Part shown: piece after piece, positions 16,100 to 25,705 of the stretch
Position numbering within the stretch: the stretch's first letter is position 1
How the letters are laid out: each line of letters starts with the position of its first letter
Source of the DNA: a virus
Taxonomy: Duplodnaviria; Caudoviricetes
Direction: 5' to 3' (one strand)
DNA length: 29,584 bases
IMG/VR virus record: IMGVR_UViG_3300046003_004709
Location: 1 to 29,584 of that record
Translations under genes and position numbers: made by a program
Notes under the pieces: model-generated
The model's input: only the letters and a program-made list of their open reading frames with translations
Told to the model about the DNA's origin: nothing
Database searches by the model: none

Positions 16100-17899
16100 T
16101 TAAGCAAAAGCCCTGACATCAGTCGTAATCGGAACAATTGACTTGTTTATTTCAGCTTGCTTTTCAGTTGCCATTTTTACCAAATCAGTTCTTTGATCTG
16201 GTAGTTTTTTATTTAACCAGTCTGGATTTTGTTCAATGAGTTGATTTGCAAAGCCTGAAATCTGGCAAGAAAGGGTGAAATCTATTGCACTACATCCGCC
16301 TGAATCTTTGGCTAAAATCTTTTCGTCCATTGTTTTGCCATACAAAGGATCAACATTTTTCACAACATACATTAATTTAACCTCGTCAGAATCTTCACCA
16401 AATAGCTTTTCAGTATATTGTCTTTCAATTCCAAAAACTATAATAGGATCGTAGTTGTCTTTTTTAGCAACCGATAAATTAGCAGCTAACATTTCCATTG
16501 TCAGAATATCAAAGTCAGATGGAATAGTAACAACTGGCAATGATGCAAGTCTTTTTTCTTCGCTTATTCCCCCTAGTGAATCAATGGTAATTGCATATCT
16601 AAGGTTATAAATTAGCTTGGCTGTATGTGTATAACCGTACTGAACCATTATAGCAACCTGATAAAAGAAAGTATTGATTTCTTTGCGGTCATATTGCTTG
16701 GCGATGCCAGATTGAGCCGTTGGAACTATTGAAAGCAATTCAAGACCAATTGCCTGAAATCCTTCAAAGATTTTGTCGTTTACTTCTAGTTTAAGGTTTT
16801 TAATTGCGTCATCATCTCGCTTAATATATCCAGCTGGTGGAAATGGTATCTGAGGCGCATTTGGACTGGTTACACTTGTCTTTGGTAACGATATTTCAAT
16901 CTGATTAAATGAACTACCTTCTGAGCCTGTGCCAGTTCCTAAACATGAATTACATTGGGTTAGTTCGTTTGTTTTTTTTACAGCAACAGTTCCCCTTCCA
17001 TTACAGGTTTTACATTCATCAGATTTGATTCTCCATCTCTGAGGGTTTGCGTGCATTACCCAATTCGCTTCTAGGTCATCAGACCTCATTAAAGCTTTAT
17101 TCCATGATGTAAGACAAGGCGCAAGAAACGAATCGTAAACTAGTGAGCCATTTTCTATTTCGTCTAATTTAAGGCCTGTTCTGACAACTGGAAAATCTTG
17201 GAAAGCATAAGCAACCGGATAATGTTTAAAAGCATCAATATCGTCTTGGTATGCTATGTATTGAACCGATAAAACAATTCCTGACATGGTAACGGATAAA
17301 AACCGATTCCATTTAGAACCATCCTTTTTCATGTCATCCAATTTGACAATTAATGCCTCGGATTTGTGATAAATAATGTCATCGGATTCAAATAATTGCG
17401 GGTAAGGTTTTGTAAAATCTAATGGAGTTTGATTCTCAATAAAATCTGACAAATCAGGCAAAACCAGAAAAACAGAATTTGCATCTTCAAAAAGCTGTTT
17501 AAGGTAAATTGAAAAAGTCCAATCCTCTAAGTTTTTAAACTTTGGCAGATCCTCTTTGCAATACTTTTCTAAACCGTTTTCCTTAATGATTCCAGTTTCT
17601 GATTCCGATTCGTTCCATTTGATTGAAAAGTCATCAGATTGTTGAATCTTTTGGCAGCTTGTTTGAACCCTTCCAGTAGCGGCAATTGTAGGGCTTTGCC
17701 AGTTGTTTGCCCTGTGTTGTTTCATCCATAGTTCTTCCCCTGGATGCTGATATTGAAGAAGGAATTCAGGGTATTTGTTTTCAAAATGAGGTCTAAGGTG
17801 TTTCGCCTTTTCCCTGATTTCAATTGCAAATTCCGATTGACCATTTCTATACTTAGAATTGTTCAACAAATTGGATAAACCCTGAATTACTTCTATCAT
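16100..17899 (-). CDS. Portal protein (probable) with inserted CxxCxGxG zinc finger
   Basis: 599 aa upstream of the scaffold/capsid genes; QSGIAKQYDR portal-like motif; CKTCNGRG and CNSCLGTG. Confidence 0.7.
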   Translation of the reverse strand: MIEVIQGLSNLLNNSKYRNGQSEFAIEIREKAKHLRPHFENKYPEFLLQYQHPGEELWMKQHRANNWQSPTIAATGRVQTSCQKIQQSDDFSIKWNESESETGIIKENGLEKYCKEDLPKFKNLEDWTFSIYLKQLFEDANSVFLVLPDLSDFIENQTPLDFTKPYPQLFESDDIIYHKSEALIVKLDDMKKDGSKWNRFLSVTMSGIVLSVQYIAYQDDIDAFKHYPVAYAFQDFPVVRTGLKLDEIENGSLVYDSFLAPCLTSWNKALMRSDDLEANWVMHANPQRWRIKSDECKTCNGRGTVAVKKTNELTQCNSCLGTGTGSEGSSFNQIEISLPKTSVTSPNAPQIPFPPAGYIKRDDDAIKNLKLEVNDKIFEGFQAIGLELLSIVPTAQSGIAKQYDRKEINTFFYQVAIMVQYGYTHTAKLIYNLRYAITIDSLGGISEEKRLASLPVVTIPSDFDILTMEMLAANLSVAKKDNYDPIIVFGIERQYTEKLFGEDSDEVKLMYVVKNVDPLYGKTMDEKILAKDSGGCSAIDFTLSCQISGFANQLIEQNPDWLNKKLPDQRTDLVKMATEKQAEINKSIVPITTDVRAFA

Positions 17900-17903
17900 T
17901 TTT

Positions 17904-18755
17904 TTAAGTTGATTGAACCGTGACTGTTACCTGCAATTGGCCTGTAATACAAGAAACTGAATTTGCTACCAAAACGCTAAATGAATAAACCCCTGGGTCG
18001 CTAGGTGTCATTTCATATTCACCTGTTAATGTGTCAAAAATCAGCCCTAAACTTGCATTTTCAATTGGATAATCAATTATAGAATATTCAATATCAGGAA
18101 CCGATCCTGAAACCAAAGTCTTGTTAAGTGTTGCGTCCCAAGTGCCTGAAATTGTAGAACCATCGGTTGTACTTAATTCAACTGATTCAACACCAAATGA
18201 ATAAACCAATGGAACCGAAAACGCTTCAATCAAATTTTCATCAGTTACAATAGCAGAAGGATCGCCATTTGCGGTCCATTTGATCTTGCCCTGAGACATA
18301 ATAAACGCCTTCAAATCATTAGCAATTACTGCATTTCCATACATTGTTATTTGCTTGGAACTTGCATCCCAAATTAACCCAGGTGTTAAGAAATACAGGT
18401 CATAATTCTGACTTGTTTTTCTGATTTGATTGTAAAAATCAATGTTAATAACGCCCTGATAATCGTCAAAATTAATAGTGTGGCTACTTGAACCAACTTT
18501 AATTTCTTGTAATCCCCTACCAGGCAATTCGGTAGTTTCTGGCAATGGTTTTTCACCATTGATATTTAGGATTAATTGCGCTTTGCCATTTACTGCCATA
18601 ATATTGAAAGAGTCAAGCATAGTTTCCCCGCTTGTCTTATCAACTTCACTGGCATATTGTTTTTGGACCAACACAAGATCAACAATCTTGGCTTTTTGGT
18701 CAATATCGCAAGGAAAGTTTGTGTAACAAACATCCTCCGGACAATTAAAAATCAT
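17904..18755 (-). CDS. Tail tube-like structural protein with C-terminal Ig-like domain (putative)
   Basis: Beta-rich acidic protein; C-terminal 'GLIFDTLTGEY...PGVYSFSVLVAN...VTVTV' Ig-like pattern. Confidence 0.5.
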   Translation of the reverse strand: MIFNCPEDVCYTNFPCDIDQKAKIVDLVLVQKQYASEVDKTSGETMLDSFNIMAVNGKAQLILNINGEKPLPETTELPGRGLQEIKVGSSSHTINFDDYQGVINIDFYNQIRKTSQNYDLYFLTPGLIWDASSKQITMYGNAVIANDLKAFIMSQGKIKWTANGDPSAIVTDENLIEAFSVPLVYSFGVESVELSTTDGSTISGTWDATLNKTLVSGSVPDIEYSIIDYPIENASLGLIFDTLTGEYEMTPSDPGVYSFSVLVANSVSCITGQLQVTVTVQST

Positions 18756-18764
18756 TTTAGTATT

Positions 18765-21272
18765 TTATCCTATACAGGAATTATTTTCGGGCTGGTAACC
18801 CTGTGTAAGTGCCTGGAATTGCATTTGCTGCAATTTCCGAAAGGATGAATTTTGGGTAAAATCCTGAGTGTTGGTGATTTCAAGATCTCCCTGAACTGAT
18901 AAATTTTGACCTTGTAAAACAAAGATTGGGTTTTTCGTGGCGGAAATCATGGCTCTTTGTGTTGCTAAGTCTAAGTAATCAGTATGCAAATATATAACTT
19001 CGTCTGTACTATTTTCAGGAATTTGAAAAGTACCATCTGAATTTCTGTAAATGCTTTCCTCACTTTTTGAGGTTTGACCTGCTCCGTTTAATGGAACTCT
19101 GATTCTTTGAAGCCAACCATTAATATATTCAAAGCCCTCAATTACTGAATTTTCACTTGCTCCATATTCAAGAATCTGAGTAAAGGTTTCAAAATTATCC
19201 AATTGCAAGGGCTGTGAAATTGCCAATAAACTGGAATAATTATCGCCTTCATCTATATAGCTTTGAAAGATTCCAATAAAGTAATTACTGTTTGCGAGTG
19301 GTGGGATTGTGATGCTGGCTTCATATTGATTTGCAGGTGGAGCAATTGTTGGAAAGGAAATTTTTTCTGGTACTGAAATGACTGCAACTAATGCGTTTTC
19401 TAAAATATATGGAACTGTGGTAAAAAACCTAATAACAGTAAATTCAATTTCAAAAGAATCCCAAATTGTTGGATAACCATTGGCTGTTAAATAATTTGCT
19501 ATTGAATCTGCAAATTCAAAATCAGTTCCAGATGTATCCAAACTTGCGTTTGGAATTATAATAAGAGTGTATACTAGTGCATTTTGGTCGGTTGCTGCGG
19601 CTAAAGTAATAACGTGGTTTCCAGCATCAATATTTGCCATTAGAGTATAAATACCATAGTAATCTTCTGTCGTTGAATCCCATGCAATATTCCATTGCAA
19701 AGTCCTATTATAAGGACCTTTTAAACTCCCAATATCCTGCAAATACTGACCATTACAATCAAAGATTCCAATTCTTGGAAATTGGTCGCTATCGGGTCCA
19801 ATTTCAGGCTCAAAAATAAAATTGCTTGGAATGTTAATTTGATAAGAATCGCCTGACCTAATTGTCAGGTTAAACAATTCTTCATTTTCAACCGTTCCAA
19901 ATTCGCATTGGTCATAATCGTAAAAAACCGTTTTATAAAGCTTTCCAGTGTTAGGATTTGCTGGGTCTGTACCACTTAAAAGACTTGCTAAATCTGGAGG
20001 CAAACCATCAAATTCTGCATAAGAAAATGGTGAATTATCATATGATAAAAAAGCAATAATTCCTTTTTCTAATATACTCGCCGTTGTTACAAATTTAAAA
20101 ACAATTTGCCCTGATATTGTTTCGGTTGTATAAGTGGTTGGAAACCCATTTGCATTTAAGTAGGTCTCAATTGAATCAGCAAATAAATAACTGCTTGTAC
20201 TAACATCTAAGCTTGCAAAAGGAATTGTAATTAATGATGTTATCCCTATGTATTGTTCATTCCCTCCATAAAGAATTATATCAGAGACATTATTATCAAC
20301 TAATGACATTATGTCTAAAACAGTTCCATATATACCAGTAAAACTATTTATTGCAATGTTCCATTGAAATTCTGTTTGATTATTACTTTTTGTATAATTT
20401 GGGTTAACAAATCTTTGAAAATACCATATATCAGAAACATTTATTCCAGCAAGGACAAATGATATTTCATTTTCTGCACTTGAAACTGAAAGTTGTTTTT
20501 TTGATGAACTAACATTTATGAAATTAAATTCCCAATCGCCCGGCAATGCAGGTAAATAAATATTAGTATCATTCCAGTCATCATTTGTAATAGATTCTTT
20601 GATTGGCTTTTCAAGAAAGAATGAAACCATTGCTTTTTCAATTTGAGTTAGTTCCCTTAGATGAAAAATGGTCTTTGGAAGCACTCGTAAATCAGTTACA
20701 CCATCTCTTTGAGGTCGGTTTGTTGATGTGTTGTATTCCCAATCGTAAGCCCTTAGAAGCCTTCTTTCTGCTATTCCTGTTGATGGATTATAAGTAAAGG
20801 TATCTGGAAATATTGCGGCCCCGTTTTGATTGTAAACAAATAGGGTTTTTGCAATATTTAATTCTTCAGCTATGTACGGTCTTATTGTAGCGGACTCTAA
20901 TTGATCGGGACCAGCTGTAAAAACGGTATCGCTTGCCGTTACAACTCCATCGGTTAAATTGAAAATTATTTCAATAAAACATTCACTATTTTGTTGAATA
21001 GCAATTTTTAAAGTGTAAACCTCTGAGCCTACCCTTGTCGGGTAAGGGCTTGGTAAAACCAATTCTAATGAGGCAAAATTTGGAGGTTCGTTTCTATATT
21101 TTATAAAATTTCTAATTTCATCAACTGCAATAAAAAATTTATAACCAACAAAAAAGTTATCAACAAAAAAAGCATTTAATACTTGAATTTGACTTTTGCG
21201 ATAAGCATATTCATCACCAAAATTGCCGTTAATTTCAGCTTGATCAAATCTTATAAAAGGAAATGGACCCAT
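18765..21272 (-). CDS. Large acidic virion (tail) protein with an internally duplicated 108-aa domain
   Basis: 835 aa in the structural region; two QWNIA...ASLD.S...FADSI..YL.ANG.PT copies. Confidence 0.6.
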   Translation of the reverse strand: MGPFPFIRFDQAEINGNFGDEYAYRKSQIQVLNAFFVDNFFVGYKFFIAVDEIRNFIKYRNEPPNFASLELVLPSPYPTRVGSEVYTLKIAIQQNSECFIEIIFNLTDGVVTASDTVFTAGPDQLESATIRPYIAEELNIAKTLFVYNQNGAAIFPDTFTYNPSTGIAERRLLRAYDWEYNTSTNRPQRDGVTDLRVLPKTIFHLRELTQIEKAMVSFFLEKPIKESITNDDWNDTNIYLPALPGDWEFNFINVSSSKKQLSVSSAENEISFVLAGINVSDIWYFQRFVNPNYTKSNNQTEFQWNIAINSFTGIYGTVLDIMSLVDNNVSDIILYGGNEQYIGITSLITIPFASLDVSTSSYLFADSIETYLNANGFPTTYTTETISGQIVFKFVTTASILEKGIIAFLSYDNSPFSYAEFDGLPPDLASLLSGTDPANPNTGKLYKTVFYDYDQCEFGTVENEELFNLTIRSGDSYQINIPSNFIFEPEIGPDSDQFPRIGIFDCNGQYLQDIGSLKGPYNRTLQWNIAWDSTTEDYYGIYTLMANIDAGNHVITLAAATDQNALVYTLIIIPNASLDTSGTDFEFADSIANYLTANGYPTIWDSFEIEFTVIRFFTTVPYILENALVAVISVPEKISFPTIAPPANQYEASITIPPLANSNYFIGIFQSYIDEGDNYSSLLAISQPLQLDNFETFTQILEYGASENSVIEGFEYINGWLQRIRVPLNGAGQTSKSEESIYRNSDGTFQIPENSTDEVIYLHTDYLDLATQRAMISATKNPIFVLQGQNLSVQGDLEITNTQDFTQNSSFRKLQQMQFQALTQGYQPENNSCIG

Positions 21273-21276
21273 ATTT

Positions 21277-22473
21277 TTATTTTACTCCGATTTCAAAAAC
21301 TCGTGATATATTACCCGTTCCGGTTGTAGTTAATTCAAATACTTTTCCATTGACATTAATTGCCTTGGAAAAGTTTATGTTTGGTGTAAATCCTAATGGA
21401 ACATTTACCCCATCAACTGTCAATGTCAATGTTTGGTTTGGACTGCCACCTTGGAATCCAGAATTTAAAAACACATTTGTAATTGAAACAGGAGCCGAAT
21501 AAGTAAATTGAACTCGAAAAGGTCCAGTTGTTAAATACCTCGTTGTCAAATTGCCATCAGTTGCGTTTGCTGTTATTCCTGAATGAGTTGTGCCAGAATA
21601 GGTAATTATTCTTGTTATGGCAGGAGGCTCAGGACTTCCTTCAATTGGAATACTGGAATTCTTAGCTAAAGTTTTTTGCATCGTATCTATACACCTTGGA
21701 TGAAATTCAAGAGGCATTTTAATTGTTCCCCGATTATAGCAATAACTCATAACCGTACCATTTAAAGTAAATTTTGTACTTGTTTGACCACACCCAGTAA
21801 AGCAGCTATCTATTCTTGCTGTTGTTCCATTAGGCATTTTCCAACAATCGTGAGTGTGCGGTGAACCAAAATAATGACCAAGTTCGTGAGCGATTATAAA
21901 GCTATTAAAAAAAGTGTTTTGGGCATAAACCCCACAAACTGCCGACCTGCCGCTTGTACTATTTACCCCACCAATAAAGGCTAGTCCACCCAATGGCTTA
22001 TTAAATAACAATATACTGGCATCCACGTTTGGAAGCTGCCAGTAGTTGTTATTGAAGCTGTTTAAAAGCAAATAGATGTTTGTTATTGGTGTGTAAACGC
22101 TTGGAACCTTTAAGATTTCAATCCTTGCAATCTTAGTGAAAATGTTAGCAGGTTTATACGCTGCCATTGCCAGATTATGGTTATTAAGCACATACGTTGA
22201 GCACGCTGCATCGTTGCTACCAAGTGCGACATAAAGGTCATAATCAACTACATAATTGAGCCTTGCCACTTTCTTGCTAATATCCACAATTGCAGCCCTT
22301 CCGAATCTATTTGGTTTAATTGTAAGGTTGTAATCCTTTGGAATAACATAGTCATTTTCCTGAAAGACCAATTGAACTGAATCTTTGATTTCTTGCAATT
22401 CTGTTTTCTGGTCCTGCCTGCATCCTGACATTGAAATCAGAATAAGGCCAAAAAGTATTAATAGGTTTTTCAT
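21277..22473 (-). CDS. Lipoprotein zinc metallopeptidase (metzincin, reprolysin/M12B-like) with C-terminal discoidin/CBM-like domain
   Basis: Signal peptide ending in SGC lipobox; HELGHYFGSPH (HExxHxxGxxH); Met-turn GTVMSY; NATDGNLTTRY resembles the start of F5/8-type domains. Confidence 0.85.
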   Translation of the reverse strand: MKNLLILFGLILISMSGCRQDQKTELQEIKDSVQLVFQENDYVIPKDYNLTIKPNRFGRAAIVDISKKVARLNYVVDYDLYVALGSNDAACSTYVLNNHNLAMAAYKPANIFTKIARIEILKVPSVYTPITNIYLLLNSFNNNYWQLPNVDASILLFNKPLGGLAFIGGVNSTSGRSAVCGVYAQNTFFNSFIIAHELGHYFGSPHTHDCWKMPNGTTARIDSCFTGCGQTSTKFTLNGTVMSYCYNRGTIKMPLEFHPRCIDTMQKTLAKNSSIPIEGSPEPPAITRIITYSGTTHSGITANATDGNLTTRYLTTGPFRVQFTYSAPVSITNVFLNSGFQGGSPNQTLTLTVDGVNVPLGFTPNINFSKAINVNGKVFELTTTGTGNISRVFEIGVK

Positions 22474-22484
22474 TGAGTTTGATT

Positions 22485-23327
22485 TTAAAGAAAATCAGTT
22501 TCGTACTGTAAATGAAATATAATACTGTCACTTCCTAATGCTGCTGGACTTGCTCCGATACTAAAACTTATAAAACAGTTTGCATTTACAGCCGATGTAG
22601 CAATCGAAGCTGCAGTAATATCTGCCGCTGAAAAAAGATTTAAAGGTACCGTTGTAATTACAGCCAAGCTGCTCAATTTTGCACGTAAGCCAGTTGGAAG
22701 TGGAAAGTTTGCACTCATAGTGCCTGTTGGTGCACCAGCTGTACTAGGTCTTAATCTACCATGTAAATTTACAATATTACCTGTAGTTGAAAATGTTGCA
22801 TCTTGTATATTTAATTCAGAAAATTCCACCAAATCCACTGCAACTGGTTCATAACTTCCAGAAAGTGGAACCCAAACTGCTTCATCTTCAGTTGCAACTG
22901 TACAATAATATTCAATGCCTGTAACTAAGTTTTTCCATCTTGAACCAACTGCATAACCTAAAGTTTCATCATAAAATTCATCTGGATTTACATCATTTAT
23001 GCTTTCGGCATAAACAACGGTATTAAAACTGCCAGTTGTTGAAGTCAAATATCTAACTCCATCCTCCCATTGGTCTGTTTTATCGTTTGCACAAACTCGA
23101 GCAATGCCACCGCCAAAACCATGCTGAATAACCCCTTCTCTTAACTTTGAGCCGTTGTTAAACTCAAAAACTGCATCTTCCGCAAAAGTATCGCCATTGA
23201 TATTTACCCCTGAATTATTTAAAGCATTTTCAACTTCCCGAACTTTTGAAGGAGTAACTAACTTTTCGTTATTGTCAGGAATGTTTGTTGTTATTAATGT
23301 AGCGTTTTGCGCTCTGGTATTTGCCAT
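22485..23327 (-). CDS. Tail fibre / receptor-binding-like protein
   Basis: Fibre-type DETLGYAVGSRW...YYC...AVW repeat; C-terminal GNIVNLHGRL...FPLPTG beta domain. Confidence 0.6.
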   Translation of the reverse strand: MANTRAQNATLITTNIPDNNEKLVTPSKVREVENALNNSGVNINGDTFAEDAVFEFNNGSKLREGVIQHGFGGGIARVCANDKTDQWEDGVRYLTSTTGSFNTVVYAESINDVNPDEFYDETLGYAVGSRWKNLVTGIEYYCTVATEDEAVWVPLSGSYEPVAVDLVEFSELNIQDATFSTTGNIVNLHGRLRPSTAGAPTGTMSANFPLPTGLRAKLSSLAVITTVPLNLFSAADITAASIATSAVNANCFISFSIGASPAALGSDSIIFHLQYETDFL

Positions 23328-23352
23328 TTTATTTGAAGTTTTTATTTATTGT

Positions 23353-25641
23353 TTAACCAAATCCATCTGAAAACCCTTCTGAGAATCCAGCTACATAAGG
23401 CACATTATTTGCCAAAAGTAATTTAAAATTACTAATTCCTGATTTTGGATCCACTGGTTTATTTGTAGCGTTTTGCAAAAAGCCATAAAATGACTGGTTT
23501 CCGCTTGTCATTTTAATTATTCCAATTCCATTATTTGCCATATCAATAAACGAACAAAGGCTTTGAGGGACACTGAAATCTAAACCAATTGGTTTGAAAA
23601 GGTATGCGTTTATATCCGATTGTAAAATAGCCTTTGAAATATTGGTTTTTTCGGAAACCATGCCTGTAATTTCCTGATTTGCAACTGGAAAATAAGCACT
23701 GTCAATTTCCGATTCTAAAGCTGTATAATATTCACCTGATTGAAAGAATAAAGCCGCTTTTGCAGTTGGTAAACCAAAGGTATTCATACCAAGGTATTTC
23801 CACCATCTTGCCGCTATTCTTGCAGGTGTATGCAGTATATTGTAAATCTCACCAATCGGGGCGTTTGTTGAGCCAGCCATATCAGAACCAACCGAAGCCT
23901 TACCGGGCGGAATAGTTATCGTAATATCAAATCCAAAATCAATTATGATTTCTTCCCGATTCAACCAGATTATAAAAAGATTGTAGTCGTTTGGTCTATC
24001 TGAAGAACCTGAATCGTCTCTAAGTTCTTGCAACCGCCTTGAAAATTCAATGGCATAGCCTGAAGCAATTATATTTGATCTCAGGTCCAAAACTTTCTTT
24101 TCCGCTGACCCTGACTTATTTGGAGTAAAATAAGACCTGTAAGTATGAGGCTCAAACATACCAGAAACAGCAATGTTTTTCCAGTCATCAGTAAATCCTA
24201 TTTTAAAAGAATTAACCAAGTCCTCTACCTGTGCATATTGGGTAATATTGGAAACCTTGTTAAATTCAGCTATTTGAATACCTGCATTATAAAAGTATTC
24301 CATTGGCTCAATTCTGATTTGCCAGACAGACAATGTTTCATTGTATTCAAAGCCCCACCCTAAATTGAAAATATTGCTTAAGTCCTCAAAAAACCCTTTG
24401 AATGAAGTTGTAATCTGTGGATTGGCTTGGTCTAATAATTGACCGTTACGAATGTATAAACCCGTTGTAATTAGGTTGTTCCACATTAGCCCTGCATTAT
24501 CAACTGAAAAGTAATCCGAAACTAATGGAGTGGCGTTTCCTGTGATTATATGAAGGATTCTTTTTAGGAAGTTGAAAATGTAGAGTCCTTTGCAGTTTGA
24601 GGCTGTCGACTGGTTTAATTCAACCCAATTTAAGTAGTTTTCTTCTGGCCAATTAAACTCAAAATCACGCTTTATGTAAATTGTCGTAACAAATGGAATA
24701 ACAAAACTAATTCTATCCGCAAAAATTGTAAAAGATTGATTTGGCTGAAGTGTAAGAGAAAAATTAGTAAATGTATATTCAAATGTTGTCCAAGGATTAC
24801 TAATTGTATCGTATTCTAATATTCCAGTAACTAAAAGTACAGTTGAAATAATTGTGTCTCCATTATTAATTCTATAATAAATGTTTTGAGGAAAATCATT
24901 AGGTACATAACCAAATGGCTGACTAGAAAATCCATTTTGCCTTGCTCTACATTTTATCTTTCCATTAATAGTAAAAGTTCTTTCATAATCAGCATTGTTT
25001 TTAAAATAAACATTTGTAAGTGAATAAATAAACCCAGTAGGGTTGGTCAAGAACCCAAATTGACCTTTAAAATCATTATTATCAACGTATAATGGGAAAA
25101 CTATTGCTTGATCGGTTACCCTTACGGCAGTAACCTGTAATTGCTTACTTAACCCCTGCAAATAAAGCTGTTGACTATGCAACCTAACCTCAGTAAAATC
25201 AATCGGGTCAATTGTATTCTCATCCAAGTCCTTCAACGTCAATAAATCAATTTCAACGTCTTGCCTTGCTAAAAAGTTTTCCCTAAAATTATCCTCAATT
25301 ATTCCAACGGTTATTTGCCAACCTTGTGTATCGCAAGTGTTTTGCTCAGAATACAAGGCCATATTAATAAACCCATTGAAGTCGTAAGTTGAACCATCAA
25401 TCTTTTGGTTACTGGTTATCTGGAAAGGAATTTCATCATTTATAAAACCATTTTCAAAATACTCTTTTAGGATTTTTGCACCATTGGCATATCTGCCAGG
25501 TTTCCCAGAAAAACTTATTTCAGTTGAAAACGGTTGATCTATTCCATGCGATTCAAGGCGTATGGCAGTGAATTCTATTGCATCAAAGCCAATCGGTTCA
25601 TTAACCTGTATATTGTTTATAAAGAATTTCCAACCTGCCAT
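23353..25641 (-). CDS. Tail (tip/hub-like) structural protein ending in GFSEGFSDGFG
   Basis: 762 aa, beta-rich, first structural gene after the tape measure. Confidence 0.65.
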   Translation of the reverse strand: MAGWKFFINNIQVNEPIGFDAIEFTAIRLESHGIDQPFSTEISFSGKPGRYANGAKILKEYFENGFINDEIPFQITSNQKIDGSTYDFNGFINMALYSEQNTCDTQGWQITVGIIEDNFRENFLARQDVEIDLLTLKDLDENTIDPIDFTEVRLHSQQLYLQGLSKQLQVTAVRVTDQAIVFPLYVDNNDFKGQFGFLTNPTGFIYSLTNVYFKNNADYERTFTINGKIKCRARQNGFSSQPFGYVPNDFPQNIYYRINNGDTIISTVLLVTGILEYDTISNPWTTFEYTFTNFSLTLQPNQSFTIFADRISFVIPFVTTIYIKRDFEFNWPEENYLNWVELNQSTASNCKGLYIFNFLKRILHIITGNATPLVSDYFSVDNAGLMWNNLITTGLYIRNGQLLDQANPQITTSFKGFFEDLSNIFNLGWGFEYNETLSVWQIRIEPMEYFYNAGIQIAEFNKVSNITQYAQVEDLVNSFKIGFTDDWKNIAVSGMFEPHTYRSYFTPNKSGSAEKKVLDLRSNIIASGYAIEFSRRLQELRDDSGSSDRPNDYNLFIIWLNREEIIIDFGFDITITIPPGKASVGSDMAGSTNAPIGEIYNILHTPARIAARWWKYLGMNTFGLPTAKAALFFQSGEYYTALESEIDSAYFPVANQEITGMVSEKTNISKAILQSDINAYLFKPIGLDFSVPQSLCSFIDMANNGIGIIKMTSGNQSFYGFLQNATNKPVDPKSGISNFKLLLANNVPYVAGFSEGFSDGFG

Positions 25642-25645
25642 ACGG

Positions 25646-25653
25646 CAAAGGTA
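25646..25653 (-). promoter_or_regulatory. -7 box TACCTTTG, 4 nt before the ATG of the 762-aa tail gene
   Basis: Exact TAnnTTTG match. Confidence 0.7.
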
Positions 25654-25656
25654 AAT

Positions 25657-25686
25657 AAAAAAGCCTTTCTAAATTGAAAGGCTTTT
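25657..25686 (-). terminator. Intrinsic terminator after the ParB-like gene
   Basis: AAAAGCCTTTC...GAAAGGCTTTT inverted repeat with a U-tract. Confidence 0.85.
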
Positions 25687-25705
25687 GGGTGCTACTTTTA
25701 GAGTT

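Noticed and set aside
19374-20366. Duplicated segment as a diversity-generating retroelement TR/VR pair
   Set aside because: Similarity is protein-level and highly diverged, not adenine-specific; no reverse transcriptase in the window.
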